NCBI GenBank assembly: GCA_041742355.1
Contig: JBGSIV010000020.1
Coordinates: 1 to 45,909, forward strand
Direction: 5' to 3'
Length of the DNA stretch: 45,909 nucleotides
DNA from: Candidatus Zixiibacteriota bacterium
GTDB lineage: Bacteria > Zixibacteria > MSB-5A5 > GN15 > FEB-12
Shown: positions 39,001 to 45,909 of the stretch, piece by piece
Position numbering within the stretch: position 1 is the stretch's first letter
Layout: the number at the start of each line of letters is the position of its first letter
Translations under genes and position numbers: made by a program
The notes under the pieces: generated by a model
What the model was told of the DNA's origin: nothing
Databases searched by the model: none
The model's input: only the letters and a program-made list of their open reading frames with translations

Positions 39001-40064
39001 GGATAATCGGTGAAATACTGGCACTCGGTATCGAACGTGGCGCCCTCGTTGTTGCCGGTAAACGTGTACGGCAGCGCTTCCGGCGTCACATCGGCGCAGT
39101 TGTCGTTCGGGCCCGAGATCGGGCACGGGTTGTCAGTACAATTGACTCCCGCAGTCCAACTGCCGCCAAGGGCCGAGCATTCGGACTGAAGTACGTCGTC
39201 GCAGCTCGGGTTGGTCGGATCACCGTAGCAGCAGCGCCCGACCGGCGGAGCATCATCCGTCACAACGACATTGTCCAGACCGAAGAGATCGGCATCCTCA
39301 CCATAGTACTGGAACCCGAGATAGAAGTTTTGCCCACCGGCATATGCCGAGAGGTCGACCGTCACGCCGTACCATTCATGGGCCGGATATGGAACACTGT
39401 AGGAATCCCAGACTTCGGTGAAGTTCGTGCCGTCGAAAGAAATGTGCACTTTGAAGTCGTGCGGATAGTCGTAGCCCTTCAACATCTCGAATTCCAGCCG
39501 GAGAAGGCTGCTGGCCCCGCTGGCATTGATCTGAGGTGTGATCAACCATTCGTCCTGCACGTATCCCGGTGCATGCCAGGTGACCAGAGCAGCCTGTGTA
39601 CCGCCGCCCGAGAAGGTTCCGAGGAACCAGCCGTAGCCGGGATCAGTATTGATCTGTGCCCAATCAGTGGGTGGGAAAACTTCGGTTTCAAAGTCCTCCA
39701 GGAGGTAAATCAACCGCTTGTCATAGTTGATGGCCCGACCGCGGATTGCGCTGGGACCGGACTGATGAGCTTTGTTGGTGACCCGAGCCGGTTTCACAGG
39801 ATCCGGCTGGCTGCCGTCTTCGGGCTGGTTGGTTTCGTCAGCCTGAAGCTTGGCCTGGATCTCTGCTTCCATTTGGAGCTTGGCCGCCACATCGGGGTGA
39901 ACCTGTTGAGTGGATGTAGCGACGGGTTTCTGCGAAGCCTGGGTGGCAGCCCGTTGCTGTTTGTCCAGGTCGCGTGGGCTGTCAGCAAGAAGCGCTGTTG
40001 CACCTAGAGTGAGAATGGCACAGAGTGCAATGGAGACAACCAGGAACTTACGCAATTTGATCAT
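36057..40064 (-). CDS. large secreted Cys-rich adhesin-like protein: cleaved-adhesin-like domain, four 'xDxCA' beta-sandwich repeats, GEVED domain, dockerin-like domain
   Basis: Signal peptide; 'EDFE..FPP..W...DEWLITPQI..DNVVV'; repeats NDNCAD/NDDCAN/GDNCAN/NDNCAD; 'WVDWNDD...MRVR...YGEVEDY'; C-terminal 'GDLNRDFAVNVADLTYMVNFLFRGG..NVADLTYLVNFLFK'; no catalytic motif recognised. Confidence 0.85.
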   Translation of the reverse strand: MIKLRKFLVVSIALCAILTLGATALLADSPRDLDKQQRAATQASQKPVATSTQQVHPDVAAKLQMEAEIQAKLQADETNQPEDGSQPDPVKPARVTNKAHQSGPSAIRGRAINYDKRLIYLLEDFETEVFPPTDWAQINTDPGYGWFLGTFSGGGTQAALVTWHAPGYVQDEWLITPQINASGASSLLRLEFEMLKGYDYPHDFKVHISFDGTNFTEVWDSYSVPYPAHEWYGVTVDLSAYAGGQNFYLGFQYYGEDADLFGLDNVVVTDDAPPVGRCCYGDPTNPSCDDVLQSECSALGGSWTAGVNCTDNPCPISGPNDNCADVTPEALPYTFTGNNEGATFDTECQYFTDYPNVWIAFTIDECSDVTVSYCGSPAGWGNGWLNMVTDCGCGTLVSYTSYDFDCANGNPNIVFERLEPGTYYYPVMLDPESGAAGNYSIEVTATKCPDAPANDDCANAEAVGDVTNLAFSTAAASWDGGGTYIVSPNIWYCYTATCDGLVTVSLCGSLYDTRLAVYDGCVCGPLGAVIATDDDACDPGLQSVVSFQADAGDQFMIEVGGYSSNSGDGVLTISCSDAPAVPGDNCANPIKIDIPGLPFVDNAQYTCGRLNDYSNTCLGSYDGGEDIIYEITVATDATVNIDLDPLGTTYTGMLLSTDCPPTNCIGYVTGSSGTTHKRLTCVDLAPGVYYLMIDTWPSPACIPSFNLTITDTVCVATENDNCADAIPVGEVADLAWSTVGTSHDGPTGCMSSPNIWYAYKPGGEGDATISLCGSSFDTKLAVYTGTCGALTQIACNDDACGVQSEIELSAVDPNLTYYIEVGGYSANVGDGILNITLTGGCEYTCTSGTPEGETCIEDYGSDVTNGGCNEVTPVFGAIACGETVCGTFSTYTPDGTANYRDTDWYLFTLESWSTVTLSGNANFPYLIGFLEETVPGIATCDNLTGYLSPYATSDECVPSSITATLPPGDYIVFVSGQAYSGYPCLAGPWEYGITLTCVPAEPQACAASGGCDEFIEQVIIGTIDNTSACDGYANYTSLSTNVEVGGSYPITIVVGDGYSSDRGGLWVDWNDDLVFDVAEEVVLDVSTGVGPYTGTVVVPSNAVEGNVLMRVRVTYNTTPTPCGADTYGEVEDYTLTVGTPGPVFTHAYSPNPILVLEKFSVGQNWGHLYLSDAALASGDAADMENVEVKIDGCPVPLNGTSVITGGFGELTGDVLDVQFDLKQYVLCAEIQNGGLIWGYVDSFFDVFYEIDGVPGQIDDLKAVVRGHVPGDLNRDFAVNVADLTYMVNFLFRGGTAPLDMANANIDGSVSTQPNVADLTYLVNFLFKAGPALQHP

Positions 40065-40363
40065 GGTGCTACCTCTCTCTGTTCGATTCTGACGGTTATT
40101 CGGCGATGAGTCGGGTGGACCGGCTCACGGCATCAAAGGTGTGGGTCGGAGAGTCTTACGTCAGGCACCACCTCCTCCAGTACAGGAAACTGTCGGGTTA
40201 TTGCAGACTTGAATGTCAGTATTTACCGAGCGGCCGTGCAGCGTGCTACAAGCGGCCGTGAAAACAGGCTTGCCTTGTAACCGGCGTATCATGGACGAAG
40301 AACACCTCAGGCGTAGAACGGTGAAGTGCCACTGCGGGCGGACTATCCCTTGATTCTATAGAT

Positions 40364-40392
40364 AGATTAGTCTGCATTTGACAGCATGTCAA
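40364..40392 (-). promoter_or_regulatory. sigma70-type promoter with a palindrome over the -35 box
   Basis: Minus strand TTGACA-N17-TAATCT; perfect inverted repeat TTGACA-gca-TGTCAA at 40378-40392. Confidence 0.5.
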
Positions 40393-40738
40393 GGCCAATC
40401 TTCAACTAATGCCGTTCTAAGTGTCTGCTTCTTGTGTCGCATGCGATCAGACGAGACCAGTGCGAAAGGCAGCAATGTGGAGCGGACGGCCAATAAGTAA
40501 TCCAATGCGACGCAGCGGGAGAGTCCTGGGCGAAGGGGCTTCAACTGAAGCTCCTTCGCACGCGGGCTTTCGCCACTTCGAACTTTTCCTTTGCTAAACG
40601 CGTGTCAACGATTATACTATTTGTAACTTACACTTTTCCGTCCATGACCCGGTTTGTCCGCCGAAGGGAGTGGAGTCTCTACAGCTAATGCGACCAGCCG
40701 TGCACTCACCATACAGTCCGTTTTTTTAGGAGGAAGTC

Positions 40739-43700
40739 ATGAAGAGGTACTTGCTATTGGTTGCCTTGTGTATTGCGTGCCTCTGCCTAACGACCACCGC
40801 TTCCGCAGTCCAGACTGTCACACTTGATGGCCCCAGCCAGGTAGCTGTGACTGATCTGAACCGGGATGGTGTTCGTCTGGAGATTGGTATCGGCGAACTG
40901 CAGTTCCACGATGTAACAACACAGCAAGGGGACTTTACACTGCTCAGTTTCGCGGGTTCCAACCGGTCCCAGAGAATCGGCGAACCCGACCTGCCGACGG
41001 TCAATCGGCTCCTCTCGATTCCCTTTGGCGCGCGCCTCCGGGTCGAGGTGATCGACAGCGATGTCGAGGAGATCAAACTGGCCGACCTCGGAATTCGGAA
41101 CATCCTGATTCCGGTGCAGCCGTCGATCTCCAAGTCCGACGACCCGGCCAGCGTTCCGTTTGAGTTTAACAAAGCGCTTTACGAGCAGGCCGGCTACTAC
41201 ACCCTGCCGTTGGCGCAGTCCGGGGTACTTGGAACGATGCGCGACGTCCACCTCGGCTTTGTGACCATCTCGCCTATCGAGTACGACCCGGTCACTCACA
41301 CCATCCGCGTTCATAAGAACTTGACTGTCAACGTCACGTACGAGAACCCCGACTGGGCGTTGACCGACCAGATGGTCCGGACCTACTCGTCTCCGTATTA
41401 TGAATCGGTCTTCTCTCACGTTGCGAACTTCACCCAGCAGCGCTCCGACGAGCGGCACGACCTGGTCAAGAATCCGGTGAAGTATCTCATCATCTCCCAC
41501 CGGATGTTCGAAGCCCAGTTGCAGCCGTTTATCGAGTGGAAGACTCAGAAGGGCTTCAATGTCATCGTCGCCTACACCGATGTCATCGGCTCGACCACGA
41601 CGGCGATCAAATCATATATTCAGAGCGTCTACAACGCGGCCCAGCCGCCCGAAAACCCAGCGCCGTCATTCGTGCTCTTCGTCGGCGACGACCAGCAGAT
41701 TCCGGCCCACGACTACGGGGAGCACATCTCCGACCTCTACTTCTGCGAGTTCACCAACGACAACTTTCCGGAGATTTACTACGGCCGCTTCTCTGCCCAG
41801 AACACGGCGCAGTTGCAGCCGCAAATCGACAAGACTATCGAGTACGAAAAGTACTTGATGCCCGATCCGGGCTACCTTGCCGAAGTCACTATGGTGTCCG
41901 GCGTCGATGGCACTTACGCCCCCACGCACGGCAACGGCCAGATCAACTACGGCACGACCTATTACTTCAACGCCGCCCACGGGATCGCCCCCAATGTCTG
42001 GCTGTACCCGGCCTCTTCCGGTTCGGTTGAAGCCGCGATTATTCAGACGGTGTCCGACGGCGTTGCGCTGTACAACTACACCGCCCACTGCAGCCATGCG
42101 GGGCATGCCGATCCGCCGTTCGAAACCGATGATCTGTCAGGCTTGACAAACTACCACAAGTACCTCCTCGGCATCGGCAACTGCTGCCTGTCGAACACCT
42201 TTGGTGACGACTACAGCACACCGTGCTTCGGAGAGGCCTTCCTGCAAATGGCCGACCGCGGCGGTATCGGGTACATCGGAGGTTCCAACTCCACCTACTG
42301 GTACGAAGACTACTATTGGGGCGTCGGTAACGGCCCCGTTGTTGGTTCCGGCGCCACCTACGAGCAGACCGGCCAGGGCGCCTACGACGGGTTGTTCCAT
42401 GACCACGGCGAAATCCCGGAGCACCACTACATCACCAACTCCGCCCTTATCTTCGCCGGAAACATGGCTGTCACCGAATCCGGCAGCTCCCGCATCGCCT
42501 ACTACTGGCAGATTTACCACCTGATGGGCGATCCCTCGGTCATGAGTTACATGGGCGTTCCGGCGAATAATCCGGTTACCCATCCGCCCACAATCCTGCT
42601 CACCGCAACTTCCGTGTCTGTCCAGGCCGCGCCGTCTTCCTACATTGGTATCTCCAGGAACGGCGTCCTGCATGGATCCGCCTACGTCGATGCTTCCGGC
42701 TCTGTCGAAGTGCCCATTACAGCCTTCGGCGTCCCCGGCGAGGTCGATATTGTTGTCACCGGTCAGTTCCGTCAGCCCTACATCAACACAATGATGGTCA
42801 TCGCTCCCGATGGTCCCTATTGCGTATATGACGATCGGGAAATCACAGAAGTTCTGGGTAACGGGAATGGTGTTGTTGATGTTGGTGAGAGCGTGTTATT
42901 GGGTTTGCAGTTGAAGAACGTTGGCCCGGACGACGCGTTTGATGTGTCGGCCACGCTCTCCTGCAGCGACCCGTACGTGACGCTCACGGACGGCTTTGAG
43001 AGCTACGGGACGATTCCGGGTCAGAACGGGGTGGTTCTGGTGCCGGGGGGGTTTGCCTTTGGCCTGTCGCCGGCCACGCCGGACAACCACAGTGTGGTGT
43101 TTGATTTGGCGGTGTCGGGGAGCAACCGTGACACCTGGACGGGGACGTTTACCGTCAAGGTTCACGCCCCGGCTTTGGTGTTCAGCCTGGTGACTATCGC
43201 CGACGCGGGCAACGGTAACGGCATCCTGGATCCCGGGGAATCAGCCGAGCTGGTGGTCACGGTGAGCAACGTTGGTACGGGGGAGGCCTTTGACGTTTCG
43301 GGGGTGTTAACCTCGGGGGATCCGTACCTGACGGTGCTGGATGGGCAGGGGTATTTCGGCCGGGTGGATTCGCTGTCGGGGACGGCCGGCAACAGCGGGG
43401 ACGTGTTCCAGGTGAGCGCGAGCCCGAGCACGCCGATGGGCTACACGGTCAGTGTGACGCTGGCGGTGACGGCGGCCAACGGGTACACGGTGGCGTTGCC
43501 CTTCAGCCTGATCGTGGGTGACCGGGAGGCCTTCTTCGCCGACGACTTCGCGCTGAACCAGGGCTGGAGCGGGCTGGGGGGGGCGGCTGAGTGGACGATT
43601 GGTCCGGCCACCGGGGGTACGGGGGCCGACAGCTACGGCCAGCCGGACCCGGCGGTGGACCACACGCCGACGTCGGACAACGGGGTTCTGGGCAACGACC

Positions 43701-45909
43701 TGACTTCGGGGACCGGGGGTGACTACGCGGGGGGATTGTCCAGCACGTACTGGGTGACCTCGCCGGTCATCGACTGCTCCGACTACACCGGGGTGCAGTT
43801 GCGCTACTGGCACTGGCTGGGGATAGAGGGTCCCAGCTACGACCAGGCCCGGGTGGCGGTGTACGACGGGAGCGCCTGGGTGCAGGTGTGGGCCAACAGC
43901 GCCGGGAGCGATCCGTCCAGCTGGAGCGAAGCGTTCTACGACGTGTCGGCCTACGCCGACGGCAACCCGGACTTCCAGGTGCGTTTCGGGCTGGGTCCGA
44001 CCGACGGGAGCTGGAACTACTGTGGCTGGAACCTCGACGATATCGAACTGAAAGGCTACGACCAGGGAGGGGAGGGGGATCCGCTCTTGGTCTTTGCCCA
44101 GACGAGCTTCACCGACAGCCTGCTGGCGGGGGAGACTTCGGTCGGGAGCGTGCGGGTGTACAACCAGGGGACGGCCAACCTGCGCGTGCGGCTGGTTCCG
44201 TCGGTGGCCTGGCTGAGTTGCTCCGGCGAGCAGTACTACGTGCCGCCATCAGACAGCCTTGACATTCCGTTTAGCTACAATGCGGCCGGCGTGGCGCCGG
44301 GGTCGCACGTGGGGGCTTTGCACTACACGAGCAACGACGACGCCCAGGCGAGCGGTGATCTGGCGGTGACGTTGTACGTGCACGCGCCGGGGCTGGTCTT
44401 TGCCCCGGAGAGCCTGAGCGACAGCCTGGCCAGCCTGGATGTGGACACGCTGGCTTTGAGCATCAGCAACACCGGTCTGGGGCTTTTGCACCTGAGCGTG
44501 AGCAGCGGCCAGCCCTGGCTGAGCTGCCTGAACGGTTCACTGACGGTTTTGCCGGGAGCGGACAGCATCCTTTTGGTGCGGGTCACCTGCGGGGGCCAGC
44601 TGCCGGGTGACTACACGGGGCAGTTGACCTATACCTCCGATGACCCGAGCCATCCGAGCGGGAGCGTCCCGGTGTCCCTGCACATCTATGCGCCGGTGTG
44701 CGGGGTGAACCAGAGCAGCCTGGCTTACAGCCTGGCGCCGGGGGACAGCGGGAGCGTGGAGCTGGTGATCACCAACAGCGGTCCGGGGCGGCTTTTGTAC
44801 AGCCTGAACTGCACGGCCGAGGACGTCAAGCGGCCGGTGCCGGCGGCGGTGGCGGCTGAAGCGACTCTGCTGGGCTACCACCAGAGCGAGCGGGGGGATG
44901 CTCCCGAGCCGTTCTTTGCCGGGTCGGGTAAAGGCAGCGGGGGGCCGGACGGCTACGGGTACCAGTGGCTGGACAGCGACGCGCCGGGGGGCCCGGTCTA
45001 CCAGTGGGTGGACATCAGCACTTTGGGGACGGCCGTGAGCCTGACTGACGACGCGATGTCGGCGGCCGTGCCGCTGGGGTTTGCCTTCCCGTACTACGAT
45101 TCGGTGTACAGCGAGGTGTACCTCGGGTCCAACGGCATCCTGACCTTTGGCAGCGGCAGTTCGTCGCGGGTGAACACGGTGCTGCCGACGGCGGCGGTTC
45201 CCAATGCGGTGATCGCCCTGTGGTGGGATGATCTCAATCCGGCCAACGGGGGTCAGATCCTGTACTACCAGGATGCCGGTCGGTTCATCGTCTCCTTCGT
45301 GGACATCCGCAACTACCAGTACCCGTCGGGGACGGGGAGCCTGACCTGCCAGGCGATCTTGTACCCGTCGGGGAAGATCGTGCTGCAGTATGCGACGATG
45401 AACCCGGGCAGCGACAGCGAGGGGTTGAACGCGGCGACGGTGGGGATCGAGAACCCGACTGGGACGGACGGTCTGACGGTGGTGTACAACGCCGGCTACA
45501 TGCACGACAACCTGGCGGTGAGTTTCACGGCGGCGCGCTGGGTGTGGCCCGAGCCGGATGGCGGGTCGGTGGAGCCGTACGGTTCGGCGACGGTGCGGGT
45601 GCGTTTTGACGCGACGGAGCTGGACGACGGTCTGTACGAGGGCCAGCTGGGGCTTTCAAGCAACGACCCGGTGCTGCCGGGGGTGGTGCTGCCGGTGCAG
45701 CTGACCGTGGCCAGCTGGATCTGCGGCGACATCAACAACGACCGGACAGCGATCCCGAACGTGGCCGACCTGACGTACCTGGTGACCTTCCTGTTCCGCA
45801 CCGGTCCGCCGCCGGCTATCCCGGCTGCCGCCGACTGCAATGGTCAGGGGGGCGACATCATCAACGTGGCCGATCTGACGTACCTGGTCAACTTCCTGTT
45901 CAAGACCGG
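40739..45909 (+). CDS. Lys-gingipain-like family C25 cysteine peptidase with propeptide, Ig/BACON-like and NIDO-like modules and a C-terminal dockerin-like domain; 3' end truncated by the window
   Basis: Not in the ORF track because it has no stop in the window. AGGAGG RBS; MKRYLLLVALCIACLCLTTTASA signal; 'IGEPDLP' propeptide; 'FIEWKTQKGF', 'FVLFVGD', 'YGRFS', 'NYTAH' (His 42086), 'IGNCC' (Cys 42185), 'PCFGE', 'YWYEDYYW'; the same frame reads 'CGDINND..NVADLTYLVTFLFRTG..NVADLTYLVNFLFKT' at the window end (>1720 aa). Confidence 0.93.
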   Translation, partial: MKRYLLLVALCIACLCLTTTASAVQTVTLDGPSQVAVTDLNRDGVRLEIGIGELQFHDVTTQQGDFTLLSFAGSNRSQRIGEPDLPTVNRLLSIPFGARLRVEVIDSDVEEIKLADLGIRNILIPVQPSISKSDDPASVPFEFNKALYEQAGYYTLPLAQSGVLGTMRDVHLGFVTISPIEYDPVTHTIRVHKNLTVNVTYENPDWALTDQMVRTYSSPYYESVFSHVANFTQQRSDERHDLVKNPVKYLIISHRMFEAQLQPFIEWKTQKGFNVIVAYTDVIGSTTTAIKSYIQSVYNAAQPPENPAPSFVLFVGDDQQIPAHDYGEHISDLYFCEFTNDNFPEIYYGRFSAQNTAQLQPQIDKTIEYEKYLMPDPGYLAEVTMVSGVDGTYAPTHGNGQINYGTTYYFNAAHGIAPNVWLYPASSGSVEAAIIQTVSDGVALYNYTAHCSHAGHADPPFETDDLSGLTNYHKYLLGIGNCCLSNTFGDDYSTPCFGEAFLQMADRGGIGYIGGSNSTYWYEDYYWGVGNGPVVGSGATYEQTGQGAYDGLFHDHGEIPEHHYITNSALIFAGNMAVTESGSSRIAYYWQIYHLMGDPSVMSYMGVPANNPVTHPPTILLTATSVSVQAAPSSYIGISRNGVLHGSAYVDASGSVEVPITAFGVPGEVDIVVTGQFRQPYINTMMVIAPDGPYCVYDDREITEVLGNGNGVVDVGESVLLGLQLKNVGPDDAFDVSATLSCSDPYVTLTDGFESYGTIPGQNGVVLVPGGFAFGLSPATPDNHSVVFDLAVSGSNRDTWTGTFTVKVHAPALVFSLVTIADAGNGNGILDPGESAELVVTVSNVGTGEAFDVSGVLTSGDPYLTVLDGQGYFGRVDSLSGTAGNSGDVFQVSASPSTPMGYTVSVTLAVTAANGYTVALPFSLIVGDREAFFADDFALNQGWSGLGGAAEWTIGPATGGTGADSYGQPDPAVDHTPTSDNGVLGNDLTSGTGGDYAGGLSSTYWVTSPVIDCSDYTGVQLRYWHWLGIEGPSYDQARVAVYDGSAWVQVWANSAGSDPSSWSEAFYDVSAYADGNPDFQVRFGLGPTDGSWNYCGWNLDDIELKGYDQGGEGDPLLVFAQTSFTDSLLAGETSVGSVRVYNQGTANLRVRLVPSVAWLSCSGEQYYVPPSDSLDIPFSYNAAGVAPGSHVGALHYTSNDDAQASGDLAVTLYVHAPGLVFAPESLSDSLASLDVDTLALSISNTGLGLLHLSVSSGQPWLSCLNGSLTVLPGADSILLVRVTCGGQLPGDYTGQLTYTSDDPSHPSGSVPVSLHIYAPVCGVNQSSLAYSLAPGDSGSVELVITNSGPGRLLYSLNCTAEDVKRPVPAAVAAEATLLGYHQSERGDAPEPFFAGSGKGSGGPDGYGYQWLDSDAPGGPVYQWVDISTLGTAVSLTDDAMSAAVPLGFAFPYYDSVYSEVYLGSNGILTFGSGSSSRVNTVLPTAAVPNAVIALWWDDLNPANGGQILYYQDAGRFIVSFVDIRNYQYPSGTGSLTCQAILYPSGKIVLQYATMNPGSDSEGLNAATVGIENPTGTDGLTVVYNAGYMHDNLAVSFTAARWVWPEPDGGSVEPYGSATVRVRFDATELDDGLYEGQLGLSSNDPVLPGVVLPVQLTVASWICGDINNDRTAIPNVADLTYLVTFLFRTGPPPAIPAAADCNGQGGDIINVADLTYLVNFLFKT

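Noticed and set aside
37656..40007. Long antisense ORFs (783 aa here; also 9696..11570, 33385..35082, 22230..23435, 28332..29471, 12249..13445)
   Set aside because: They are shadow frames opposite well-supported genes, expected from high GC3, and show no recognisable motifs.
1..45909. CRISPR array, DGR/retron or IS element
   Set aside because: I saw no regularly spaced direct repeats, reverse transcriptase, transposase or terminal inverted repeats. The repeats present are protein-domain repeats.

Overview
GC-rich bacterial chromosome segment. The repeated C-terminal 'GD..N...NVxDLTYLVxxLFxGGP' dockerin-like module and the Bacteroidota-like PorX and gingipain homologues suggest an FCB-related diderm such as candidate division Zixibacteria; this assignment is inference. 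Housekeeping genes are rpmB, serS, tsaE, tsaB, rimI, accD, folC, valS, mazG, lpdA and tRNA-Met. Signalling genes are a sensor kinase with a PorX-type REC-PglZ protein, two GAF kinases, an NtrC-type sigma54 activator and a degenerate GGDEF protein. Also present are an orphan minimal flagellin, an HTH-cupin/speD/ODC/speE polyamine operon, a beta-barrel outer-membrane protein and a tandemly duplicated beta-barrel + lipoprotein unit. Four large secreted proteins all end in the same dockerin-like tag. One is a >1700-aa Lys-gingipain (C25) homologue that runs off the right edge and is missing from the ORF track. I saw no CRISPR array, rRNA, transposase, integrase or phage gene. The best novelty candidates are: the dockerin-tagged, T9SS-cargo-like secretome; dense D-S/T sequons in those proteins; an ATA start for lpdA; a codon-usage seam inside the gingipain gene; and a shared GGAGGAGG-TGCCT leader motif.
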